Below the pieces are notes generated by a model. The model worked only from the letters and a program-made list of their open reading frames with translations. It did no database searches and was not told the origin of the DNA. From Isurus oxyrinchus (lineage: Eukaryota), in the NCBI GenBank assembly GCA_026770705.1, contig JANJGN010000034.1:6696001-6760000 (forward strand): a DNA stretch of 64,000 bases, in the 5' to 3' direction. Both the position numbers and the translations under genes were made by a program. Positions 24,450-36,762 of the stretch are shown piece by piece. Numbering within the stretch: position 1 is the stretch's first letter; every line of letters starts with the position of its first letter.

Positions 24450-25808
24450 CAGACCATTTGTTCTGGGCGCCAGTAGCAACAAATCAGGTCAGCTTTATTA
24501 GTCCATTATGTTCTCTTATTTTCCTAAGGATCACAATATGGTAACCTCTCAAAGTTAAACACGTATTGGAATACAAATAAAATATATTCAAACAGTCCAT
24601 GCGGCCAAAGATAAGCACAGACTTTAGTTTGTGACTAAAACTGAAAGCAGGCAATGTTCTAACCCCATTGAAAATATAGTCTTAAGTAAAATATGGGTCG
24701 AAGTTTCAGTAATCACTGTGCTCATCAGCTCACGAATTCCAATCATTCCCCATGGTATCAAGAAACACCTGAATGCACACGATACAGTAAAGGCAACAGG
24801 TGTGGACAACATTCTGGCAATACCGATTGAGACATCTCCTCCAGAACTAAGTGTGCACCTATGCAAGTTATTTAAGTTGAATCATGCAACAGGCACTTAC
24901 AGGTAAAGTGGGAGATTGCCAAGGGCTGCAATATACATGCAAACAAAAAACAGCACGGATCCAACTCAGTCAATTACCCATACACGAGTCGAATCTCAAA
25001 TATCAGAAAAGTGATGAGATAGTTCATCAGCAGCACTATGAAGCGGGCACCAACTCAACAATCACCTTTTGAGTGATGCACAATATGGGTTCCACAAAGA
25101 ACCTCTCAGTTCCTGACGTCAGTTCATCTTTCATCCAAACATGTGCAAAAGAGCAGAAATTAAGTGGTGTGAGACTGCCTATCCTTAACATCAAATTATC
25201 ATTTGACCGAAGGTGACATCAAGGAGCCCCAGAAAAATAAAAAGACTGCATTCAATCGGTATCAGGGGAAAACTCTCCACTAGTTGGTGCGTTTAATATC
25301 ACCAAGGAAGATTATTGTGGTTTGTGGAGGTAAATTAGCTCAGTCCAGGGATATCGATGAAGGATTCCCTAGGAGTAATTCTGTCTTAGGCCCAAATGAC
25401 TTCAACTGTCTCGTCAATGACCTTCTTTTCATCATAAGTTCAGAACTGGGAAAGTTGGCAGGTAACTATTGAATGTTCAGCACCATTTGTGGCTCGACTC
25501 CTCAAATGTGGTATCCCTATGCAGCACGACGTGGACAATATTGAGGCTTGCACTTATAACTTGCTAGTAATAGTCACGTCATGCAAGTGCCAGACATACC
25601 CGTTACAAACTATACAGAACCTATCCATCTCTCGTTGACCTCCAATGGCTTTAACATCAATGATACCCCCAAGAGCATGGCTGTTTCAGCTGACCAGAAA
25701 CTGAAATGGGCCTCCTATTCAAATTCTGTGACTACAAGAGCAGGCAGGAGGCTGGAAATTCTGCGGAGTGTAACTCAAGCCCTGGCTCAAAAATGCGACC
25801 CCCAAACT
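24450..25808 (+). mobile_element. Old LINE RT region, left part (interrupted by a CR1 insertion)
   Basis: ORF remnants HDTVKATGVDNI..PELSVHLCKLF..TGTY and GFPRSNSVLGPNDFNCLVNDL are non-LTR RT motifs with frameshifts and stops. Confidence 0.75.
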
Positions 25809-25814
25809 AGCAGG

Positions 25815-27728
25815 GGGGCTTAAGATAGTAATTTGGAGAGTAAAGAGTGGATATGTGAACGCTCTGACTGGGAAATGTAGGGAAAATCCCAAGAAATTCT
25901 ATAAGTTTATGAATATAAAGAGGGAACTCGTGGAAAGAGTAGGGTCCATTGGGGACTAAGGGGACAATCAATGGGTTGAGCAACAGGAGTTGAGTCAGGG
26001 TCGAGTGTTCTACGGATGCCTCACAGCCATGTTCACCCAGAACAATACGGTTGAATGTATGGAAATCGGGGAGAGAGACTAGGATGTTCTTGAGGAATTT
26101 GAAATAGGGAGTAACAAGGTATCGGAGGTGCCAGCAGGCTTAAAAGAGGGCAAATCTCCAGATAAGGATTTTGTGGCTCCCAATGTGCTCAGGGAGGCAA
26201 AGCGGGAGATTGCAGGTGTTCTGACCCAATTTTTTAATTCCTACCTGGCTACTGGCATAATGCCAGAGGGCTGGAGAACAGCTAATGTGGTTCCACTATT
26301 TTAAGACGTTTGTACTGTTAAGCCAGGGAATTAGAGGCCAGTGAATCTCACGTCAGTGGGAGGGAAACTCTTGGAAAACATTCTGTAGGAGAGAATCTGT
26401 CTCTATTTGAAGAGGCACGGTTTTATGAGGGATATTCAGAATCGCTTTGTCAGAGGGAGGTCATGCGTAACAAATTTGGTTGAAAACTTTGAGGAGGTGA
26501 CCAGGTGCCTTGAGGAGACTATTGCATTTGACATAGCCCATATGAGTTTCAGGAAAGGATTTGATCTGGTCCCAAATTGGAGACTTCTAAAGAAGAAAAA
26601 TGCACTTGGTAACAGGGTACTTTGATAAGGTAGATTCAAAATTTGCATAGCTATAGGAGGCAGAGGGTGATGGCAGTAGGATGCTTTCATCGTTGTAAGC
26701 ACGAGTCCATTGGCGTGCCACATGGATCTGAGCTGGGTCCTCTGTTATGTGTCATTTATTTAAATGGCATAGATGACTACATGGGAGGTAGGATTATTAA
26801 GCTTGCGGATGACACAAACATTGGTGGGCTGGTTAACAGTGAGGTTGTGTATCTTGGGCTACAGGAAGATAGAGAAGGGCTGGTCAAATTGGCAGAAAAG
26901 TGGCAGATGGAATTTATCGCTGAAGAGTGTGAGAAATATATTTTGGAAGGAATAATTTGACAAGGAATTATTCAATGAACAGCATGATACCAGGAAGTTC
27001 TCAGGAACAAAGGGAACTTGTCGTGTGTCCATACATCTCTCAAGGTGGAGGGGCATGTTTGTGGGGAGGAGAAAAAGGCGTATGGGACATTTGTTCTTCT
27101 CAATCAAGGCATAGATTACAAAGGTAGGGAGGTCATGTTGGAGTTATATTGAAACTTGGTGAGGCAACAGCTGGAGAATTGTGTGCAGTTCTGATCGCGA
27201 TTTTATTGGATGAATGTGATTACATTGGAGGGGTTGCAGAGGAGATTCACCACGATGTTGCCTGGAAAGAAAATTTCAAGTTATGAACATCAATTAGAAA
27301 GACTTGTGTTGTTTTCGTTGGAGCAAAAAGAACACAGGTGTGACCTGATCGATGTGTACAAGATTTTGAGCGGCATGGACAGGGTGGATAGGGACCAGCT
27401 GTTGTCCTCAGTTGATGGGTCTGTCACGAGGGGACAGAAGTTCAAGGTGAGGGGCAGGAGGTTTGGTGAGAATGTGAGACAATGTTTTTTTTATGCAGAG
27501 GGTGGTGATTGGCCTAGAATGCGTTATCTGGGAGGGTGCTTGAGGCGGGTTGCCTCACATCCTTCCTAAAGTACCTGCATGAGCACTTGACACGTCATAA
27601 CATTCAAAGCTATGGGCCAAGTGCTAATGAAGAGGATTAGGTATTTCTGTCAGGTTTTTCTCACATGTCAGTGCAGAGTCGATGGGCCGAAACGTCTCTA
27701 CTGCAATGAATGATTATGTAATTTTGTT
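25815..27728 (+). mobile_element. 5'-truncated, decayed CR1 LINE (RT and 3' end)
   Basis: Q..FVRGRSCVTNLVENFEEVT..FRKGFDLVP, GVPHGSELGPLLCVIYLN..KLADDT, WQMEF..EEC and LEGLQRRFTTMLPG..RCDLIDVYKIL occur in successive broken ORFs. A 3' tail gatgggccgaa lies at about 27681. Confidence 0.9.
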
Positions 27729-28232
27729 ATCTACAAGGCACTAGTCAAGTACATGCTCGAATGCTCCACACTTTCTTGGAAGACTGCCACTCCAACAACA
27801 CGCAAGGAGGTTGGCACCTTCCACTATAAATCATTCCACCAGATTGGCATCACATACCTAACCCTCAATATGCACTTCTTCCATTGGCAAGAGCGCTTAC
27901 CAAAAGCACGATGCGCTGCGGTAACTCCCCAGTGCACCTTTGGCAACACATTTCAAAAACATGATTTCTCTGACACAGATGGCAATGGACACCAGGTTCA
28001 TGGGAAAACCATCACGTGGATGTTTCCCTAGAAGCCACACACCGCCCTCACCTGTAACTCCTTCGTCTGTTCTTCACTCAGCTGGCTCAGGATATTGGAT
28101 CTCCCTTCCTAACAGCAATGCCGGAGTTCCTACAACACCTGAATTGCAGGTGTTCAAGAAGGCCGCTCACTATCCCCTTCTCAAGGATATTAAGGATAGG
28201 CAATAAATGCTTGCCTAGCCAAGGCACCCACA
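27729..28232 (+). mobile_element. Old LINE, right part (continuation of 24450-25808) with 3' tail
   Basis: Starts atctacaaggcactagtc..MLECSTLSW..PTTRKE, homologous to 17022-17291(-). Ends ttcaagaaggccgctcac...ggcaataaatgcttgcctagcc. Confidence 0.75.
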
Positions 28233-29414
28233 AATTAGCAAATTAACATTGAACAAATGGTGAATAAATTAAAAAAAAACAAACTTCAGTCGTTTTTCAC
28301 TTCTCATAACTCAACAATCGCAACACACACTAATTTATGTAATAGTAGCGCAGCTACTTCAAACATTAAAACCTTATCAGCCTGTTTTTTTTCTCTTTGA
28401 AAGAAAGAGCTTGAGGCTGACCTTATTGGGACATTTCAAAAGCTTGAACAGTTATATTAAAGGAAGATTCGTGATTATATTCCCAGCTTTGTAAGAAATC
28501 AGAGCTAGGTTTCATGCATGTGTGATTTCCATTAATATAACCCACAAGGTGTCTGGGGAGCTGAGGAAGATATTAACTTTGCAGCGTAATAATAAATACA
28601 TGCAAATTGCCTGGAATTATTTAAAGCTATTATAGATAAGCATCTGAGAAAGAAATTACGAGATATTTCTGTTGCAAACAATAGACGTGGAATGATCACC
28701 GGAGATTCGAGTAAAACATTAATATGTTAATGAAAAATATGGGCACAAGGGCTTTTTAACACTTTGCTTAGCCAACGTGATTCCAAATATGTGTGAAAAA
28801 TATCCGACTGAATTCTCTGCAACTACTGTTCGGTGATCACCTGTGCATGTCTCCAGGTCCTCGCAACTCAACCGCCTACAGCCTTAAATGTCGTTAAATG
28901 TGAATTGGTTAAGAAAAATGATTATATTTTTGCAATGTTATTTTGTCATTGCTTTCAATGAGCTCAGCAAACTGAATAGAAATTTACTGTCATTGTTGCG
29001 ACGGCAATGGTTCAGGAAATATGACAATCCTGGTAAAACGACTTCTGGGTTAATTAAGTATGATAAATGTTGCATGTAGTGACAGGACACGCAATTCCGA
29101 AAATGTAGACTGGTCACTGCCACATGACTAATGCTTCAGTATCATGTTTGTATACAAGAACTGAAATGTAAAATAAAATAATTGTGATTCTTTAAAGCCC
29201 TAAGCATATTACATATGATAGACCGAACAATTCTATATTAGTAAGGCGCAGACTTTCAATTTGCAGTTCCCCTTGCAGGCCTGTTTTTTTCTGGCAAATC
29301 ACACGAAATGTGATTTGTATTGCAAATGATGAGATTTTTTTTTTTTCGGAGACATCAATGTTAGAGACAATTCAAATCAAAATTTTAAAGTGAAGCAGAC
29401 ACCAAGTTTTTAAT

Positions 29415-29511
29415 ACAAAAACAGAATTACCTGGAAAAACTCAGCAGGTCTGGCAGCATCGGCGGAGAAGAAAAGAGTTGACGTTTCGAGTCCTCATGAC
29501 CCTTCAACAGA
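29415..29511 (-). mobile_element. 97-bp Penelope pLTR mini-insertion with a 14-bp TSD
   Basis: TSD accaagtttttaat at 29401-29414 and 29512-29525. The insert matches pLTR copy A except for one G>A change (tcga>tcaa). Confidence 0.93.
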
Positions 29512-29514
29512 ACC
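29476..29514 (-). ncRNA. Minimal type I hammerhead ribozyme fold (copy D)
   Basis: Minus strand: GGUU CUGUUGA A GGGUC AUGAG GACUC GAA ACGU C^ AACU. The 5' strand of stem I overlaps the TSD. Confidence 0.7.
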
Positions 29515-32500
29515 AAGTTTTTAATGTTTTAGGCAGAGTTAAACAGGGCGAGTGAAGCCTGCATATTCACAACTAATCATTCAATATCTCCTTCCCTAAC
29601 TCTGCCTTACTTTATTAAATCGCATGAGTCAAAACTGTCAGTACCACTTTTGAAAGAAAAATGGTGGCTCTAGACAGCTGTGAACACAGACCAGTTCAAG
29701 TGCTCTACACCACCACGTTTGCTGCGCATGAACATTTTAAGCACTACATCAGTTCAACATTTTAAAGACGTTTCTTGACTTTTCGTGAACTACCCTACCT
29801 TACACTTAAGGGAAGATGACGTGTTTCTGCTTGCTCTTGCTTGACAGAAAATGAAAAACTGAAGCAAGAATTGATAAAGAAAGGTGAAGAATGAAAATGA
29901 TGAGGATGGCTAACTTCATGACTTGTGCCATTGAATTTTCCTTTCAGCAAAAGAGTGGCACTGGTTAAAATATGTAGATTGGAAATGGTTTGTAATGGGC
30001 AATGCTGCCTTTTTTCGCAAACTGAAGGTTAGCTAATTCATGAAATCAATGCAAATCAATTTTAGATGCATCATATTGAATAGAAATGACTGTAACGGCT
30101 GAAAATGATTATTTTGACCTACCATAAATCAACCACTTTTTTGAATGCTTTGCACTCGCTTTGTCACAAACCATGCTATGGATACCACCAGACTCAAGAA
30201 TGTTCCCCTGTCTGGAAAGCCTCGTGCACTAGCCTTATGATTGTGTAAACCAATACCTCTGCTGCACAAATCCTAACTGGCCTCACATTTTCATCATTCT
30301 GATCGCCTCTCCAAATATGTGAAATGTGACCCAATGCTACAAACCTACAGGATATAAGAATCCCTAAAATCTGGCATTTATATATATATTCCGTTGCCTA
30401 GGCCATCTGCTTTGCAATTATTTCTCTTAACATCCCCGTGGCCTCCACTCTTGCTCTTCCTTGATTCCCTTAAATTTACCTCTGTGCACGAGATTCTTGT
30501 TAACAGACATAGCAATATGTTCTTCACTGCAAATATTTATTTGATACAACTCCTGTGAAATGTACTTGAGTGCGAATTTTGCTTAAAGTCCCAATAAAGT
30601 CGCAGAAAAAAATCAAGTTATTTTATCTGTAGTTAAGTATGAAATAGCACGATTTAAAATCTTCAAAATGTTTTCACATATCCAGGCGGTGATTTGAAAG
30701 ACCTGTTCCCAGGTAATGGATCAATTAATGGATGATTATAATTTAGCAAAAAAAAGACCATCGCCATTATTGCTTAGCTACAATCATAGAATAGTAAAAT
30801 GATGCGGAACTTAAGATGGGCAATCTGCCCATGAGCAATGCAACTGCCTTTAAGTAGACCTGTTCGATTCAAATATATTAACTGTTTCTTTATTTTATCA
30901 AATAACAGTGTTTTACATTTTTCGTAATTTCGCAATAGCCCTATGAACATTGCAGTTCAATGTCCTGCTATCACATAATTACATTGTGCATTTTACATTA
31001 CACTGTTTAAATAACGTGAACTTTCTCTGGAAAGACTCTCTTTTTACTTACATGACCAGCCGCAATGGTGACCTCGGACACCCCATGCTGAACAGCCTTT
31101 TAATCTAATTGCTCTCAGGTTAACTGTTTATTTTGTCCAGTCACTGTATCTAACTCAAATCGTTCAATTACCATTCTATATGCATTTTGTTATGGCCCGT
31201 TAGTGCCCTTCTAATACTTGATCACGTTGGCAAATTCCTTGTGGCCTGCAACATTTGAAATTTTAACTTGATGGTAGAAATTATTTCCGCCCTCGGGGAG
31301 ACTTCAGCGAGAATGCATAATGTTAATTTAAAAAACTAGCCTTTTCAAAATTGAAATTAGGAAACACATTCTGTAGGCAGGCTGGTCGGATTTTAAACTC
31401 TCTTCGGTAAATCACAATGGATGGTGAACAAGTCATCATCATTTTTACTTTCTGAATGTGTTAGGAGACTTGGGGGAAAGGTCGTGTACTTATAAGTAGT
31501 CAAGTCTTCACTTTGTTGAAGGGTCGTAGGCAGAATTTTTTTTTTCTTGAGTTCACATCCTACTATAAATGCATGTCTCCGGGTCATTGATTAATGGCAA
31601 TGGAGAAGTGTCCCCAATACAGTCTCCATTAAAACATGACACTGAGTTTGAATTAATCAAAAAGAGTTTCTGTGTATTTTTCAGCGTTCGCTCAAAATAT
31701 CGTCCTAAATATAGCCCAGGTACAGATGGGAATTTTCACATTGATGCACAGCAACAATAAACCATTAACATTATGCCTATCTGGCGTTTTGGAACAATGG
31801 CAAGTAAAGAAACGTCATTGTTGGCCCACCTGCATATGATTTTGGTGGTCAAATATTCTGAATGTTAGACACCACACTTTAAAAAAAGCCAACGTTTCAG
31901 AGAAGATGAAGAGGACATTTCCAAGAATGATGCAAGTGGTGAATGAATACAGTTATGCGGATAGAAAATCTATCTAGTGGAAATGGGTGTGTAGCTAATC
32001 TACATGTATTTAAGAAAATTGACAAAATAAGCATAGGTAAGCTGAGCAAAACTTGTTTTATGCATCAGGTTTACGTGGAACATATGATGGGAATAATGAA
32101 CGAAGAATATTCAATAATAACAATGTGTACTTGTAGTAAGTAATTGAAGGATAGTATAGTTCTGAAGCAATGGGATATACAGGGGTGAGTTGCACTGATT
32201 GTATTGTTCTTCTAACGAGTAGGTACTGCGATGATGAGTATAATGAATTACAATTGTGTTGCCTATTGACATATTCTGATGTGAGAAAGTCCATGTTGGC
32301 ATTTATACTCGAAGCCATCCATTGCAACCTGATTTTTTTCGAATGTGGAAGTGTTTGACATGTGAACTTAATTCGACTGACTTCCACCCTATAAACATAT
32401 TATTCGAGAAAAAAAATCTGCTGATGAGTGGTATTTAAAATTTGGAAGCAATTCCAAATATTGACTAGTCTATGTGAACAAAAGTACTAAAAAAAGAATA

Positions 32501-33834
32501 ACATCAAAAATCCCTTCAAAAGTTAGAACCTATGCCCCTTTGATCCAGTGATCATTTCCTCTGAGGGGTGACTACAATGTAGAGTTTCAATGAAAATTGG
32601 TATGTTCTGTTCAGGACAAAGAACTCCACATTCTAAAATATTTTCTAATGACTTACTCACATTTCCTGAGTAGGTCATAGCATACTATCTCAGGGTTTGC
32701 AAGTTTTTTTTTGTTGTTATAGTGAGAACAACTGGAGAACACCCAACCTATGTGATGATTAGAACTTGATCTTTACCTGATAATTCGCCCCATCTCCTCT
32801 TATGTGCTCTAATTATTGATATGTTTCATGATCCCTCATCTATTGCTGCTTCACTGTGCATCCTCATACGCAGATGTGCAAATTCCTTTCAAACCAAAGT
32901 TGAGATTATTCTGTTGTTTTTATCGTCCATTATATATTTTATTTAATAAGTAGTACACAACAGCACATCAAAACTAAGCATCCATAAGTGACTCCGGGCC
33001 CTAAGCCACAATAGCACTGCATTCTGCCACAAGCTTCGATCTCATGGCCGGGAATATCCTACACCCTGCCATTAGCATCAAACCAGGCGACCAACCCTGC
33101 TTAAATGAGCAACTTAGGAGGGATTGTCTGGAGATTCTCCAAACATGCCTAAAGTCAAACTCCAACTTGGCGAAGATATAATTCATTACTGCATGCATAC
33201 TAAACTGTGGTTTTAATTTGTAAGTCCGTTAACAGGCCGTTTAATAGTGGCTTTCATTTTTTCTTGTTTTGCATCTTCCTGAAGGCAGATTATGATGTTA
33301 ATGTGATGGTATTTATCTGAAAAAGAAGCAATTATGTTTTTCATGCTTTATGTAGGGCTATGCCGTTTTGCAATTCACTGTGTGCCCCCTCTGGAAATAA
33401 GCTCTCCCAATTTGATTATTCAGAACTTCTTTTAATTTTGAAATCATCTGTTAAATCAGCTATTTTTCTCTCTGCTGCTGGGGGAGCTGTTCCACTTATC
33501 TAGTCTGTCCATAATACTCATGGTCCTTTTTCTGTCTCTGCCTTTTTCAGCTTTGCGTATGTTTTCGATTGAATCCCACTTTATATGTTAGCCATTCTGA
33601 ATGTGTTTCAAAATCCTTCGTCAGTTGCAGAAATTCAGTTTATTCTTTGATAATAGGAATACTTTCTGCCGGTTGGTGAGTGTAGCACTAGGAAATATAA
33701 GTATGTTAGTAGAATAGATTTTAGAATTGTGAGAGTGTGCGAGGAAAACAGCGTGATGATTTAGTATAAGAGAAAAAGCGAGAAAGTGTGAGAGGAACGG
33801 AATAGTAATTTAAAGGGTGAGCTTGTGAGAGAAG

Positions 33835-34030
33835 CAGTGTGGCCATTAACAGGGAGAGAGTGAGAAAGAAACAGCAAGTTAATTTAATGTGAGAGTGTGA
33901 GAGAAACACGGGGGCCATTTACATGGTGAGAGTGTGAGAGAGGCAGAGTGGCCATTTACAGGGAGAGAGTCTGAGAGGAGCGGGCATTTAACAGGGAGAG
34001 AGTGATAGAAGATAGAGGCCATTAGAGAGC
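33835..34030 (+). repeat. Degenerate tandem repeats in the CR1 5' UTR (ggccatttacagggagagagtgtgagag-like units)
   Basis: ggccattaacagggagagagtgaga, ggccatttacatggtgagagtgtgaga, ggccatttacagggagagagtctgaga and gggcatttaacagggagagagtga recur. Confidence 0.75.
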
Positions 34031-34123
34031 ACGAGAGGGAAAAGATCGTGGACAGCAGCTGACTGGTGGCAAGGATTGATGAGTATGTTAGACTTTAAAC
34101 GAAAACAACATATTTGGCTTGTG

Positions 34124-34193
34124 TTTAGATCTCTACTTTTTTCTCTTTTTCTGAAAGATTTAGATCTCTACTTTTATCTCTTTTTCTGAAAGA
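34124..34193. repeat. 35-bp tandem duplication with one mismatch
   Basis: tttagatctctactttt(t/a)tctctttttctgaaaga at 34124-34158 and 34159-34193. Confidence 0.9.
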
Positions 34194-36699
34194 TAACATT
34201 CTGAACATAAGTTCGATGTTGTAGTATAAATATGTAATTATAATAAAGTGTAAAGAATTTGGATGCCAGAGTAAGTAATTCAGAAATTGAATAAAATATG
34301 ATAGTGATGGCAGGACGAGTGATGTGTTGCTGCTTAAGCAAATGGTTTATGCTGGACACCAAGGTGACGCAGGGCGAACACATCTCATCAAACCATTTGC
34401 AGCTCGATATGCACAGATCCAAGTTAAGGATCTGGAGTCCGAACATCTGATGTTGCACTGCAACATGGAGGAAGGAAGGCAACTGGACATTATGCTCGAG
34501 TGGACGGTCACACCTCTCAGATTAGGTCATTTACATTTGGACTGGAATCAGGGAAAGAAGGATGTGACTGCAGATGAACCACGTTTGGGAACACTGGGGT
34601 TAGCTTTCCAGGAGCCTCAGTCCCTGCAACTGTCCAACAGTTACCAAAGTTCTTGCAAGCTGTGTAGGTGAGAGCGGGGCTGCAGGGAGGGTGAGCGAAC
34701 TGACCCCAACGCCATGGTACACGGAGCCATTCAAATGGGGGGACGAATTGGCAGCGTATTAGTGGTAGGAGACAAAATAATTAGGGGGATAGATTGTGTT
34801 CTCTGCAGCCGTGAGCCTGAGTCCCGATGCTTGAGCTGTCTGCCCGGTGCCAGGATTAAAGATATTTCCTCGGGGCTGGAGAGGAACGTGTGGGGGGAGA
34901 CGAGAGATCCAGTTGTTGCAGTCCATGTTAGTACCAACAACTTTGATAGGCCTAGAAAGGAGGATCTGCTGAAATAATTTGAGCAGTTAGGAGCGAAATG
35001 AAAAAGCAACTTCCAAACTTCCAAAGTATTTATCGCGGGATTCCTAACTGAGCCACAAGCAAAGTGGCATAGGCTAATAAAGACAATAACTTAAATGCAT
35101 GGCTCAGAGCTTGGTGGTAGAGGGAGGGGTTTGAGTTCACGGGGAACTGGAAACAGTACTGCGGTAGAAGGAAGCATTTCCAGTCGGACAGGATTCACTT
35201 GAACCGTGCAAGGACCAGTGTCCTGGCAAAATTAATGCCTAGCTCTTATGATAAATGGAGGGTAGAAGTTGACGGGAGAGGGTTCTGTAAGGGGATATGT
35301 AGGCTTACCAAGGAAGAAGATATGAAGGTCATGCAGGACAGCTATTTATGTAATGAGACACAGGGTGTGACAGGAAGGGCAGAGTGTACAAAAATAAGAA
35401 ACAACAGCAAGTATGGTCAAAGGAGGATAACTGGTAAAAGCGCTAAATTAATTGCCCTTTACTTAAATGCACATAGTATTCAGAATAAAATAAAAGAATT
35501 AACGGCAGAAGAAGAGATTAACGGGTAGCATTTTATAGACATTGCAGAGATATGGTTATAAGGAGATCAAAGATAGGAGCTGAATATTCAGGGGTTTGTG
35601 GCTTTATGAAGGACAGTCATGAAAAAAGTGTGTGATGTGGTAGCTTTATCAGTAAGAGATGGACTAAGTCCGATAGCAAGAAAGGGTCCTGGGACGGAAG
35701 ATGTGGAATACATATGGGCGAAGGTAAGCCCTAACTCGGGGAAGAAGACAATGTTCAGGATATTCCATAGGCCCCCTGACAGTGGCCATACTGTAGGATA
35801 GAAAATAAGTGAGGAGATTATGATTTCAATCTAAAAAAGGCAGTACATTAATCAAGGATGATTTTAAACTTCATGTACATTGAGGAAACGAAACTGGTAG
35901 ACGTAAATACAAACAATATTTCATAGAATACATTTTGGACAATTTCTTAAAACAATATGTTGAGAATTCAACCAGGGCTCAGCCTATTTTGCATCTGATA
36001 TTGTTTGATGAGGCAACTAGCTTAATAAATGATCTTACTGTCAAGGATCCCGTAGGAAACTGTGAACATAATACATTAGAATTTAGCATTCAATTTGAGA
36101 GTGAGAAACTTGTGTGGGAGAAAGAAAAAGATGTTAATCTTATATAAGGGTAATGACAATGTAATGAGGGCACAGTTGGCTGCAGTGGAAATAAAGCATT
36201 TTAGCAGAAATTAATTCTGATGAACAATAACAGTCGTTTAAGAAAATAGACTCTCCAAAAATATGTATCCCAATCAGGAAGAAGCGATCAAAAAAGGGAA
36301 TTACCCAACCATTATTGAACAAGAAAGTTAAGGACAGGAACAAATTGAAATAAATGTAAACATATAATTTTGGCATAGCTTGGAGGTAAGCAGAGGAATG
36401 GGGAAACTTCATAAGTAACTACAAAAGAAGGTTAGAACTGCAATAAAGAGCGAGAAAATTAACTTTGAGTATAAACAAGCAAGTAATATAAAAACAGAGT
36501 GTAAGGGTTTATTTAAATATATATAGAGGAAGAGAGAGGCCAAATTGAGCATAGTCCCCTTAGAGATTGAGGCTGTAGAAATAAACATGGGGAACCAACA
36601 AATGGCAGATGAGTTGAATAAATCAATGGCTTCAACCTTCACGGTGGTACAGGCTTATGGCATTCCAAAACTTCTAAATATTCAAAGGGCCAATGTTGG

Positions 36700-36762
36700 G
36701 GCGGGGAGGGGTGGGGGGGGGGGGGGTGGGTGGGGGCGGCTGGGGGGCGGGGGTTGTGCGGT
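36700..36762 (+). repeat. G-rich tract within CR1 ORF2
   Basis: Multiple G4+ runs (gcggggagggggtgggg...gggtgggtgggggcggctggggggcggggg) embedded between CR1-like peptide remnants. Confidence 0.75.

Noticed and set aside
33835-34030. Repeat-spacer-like pattern resembling a CRISPR array
   Set aside because: The units are degenerate and GA-rich, lie in a CR1 5' UTR in eukaryotic context, and no cas genes are present.
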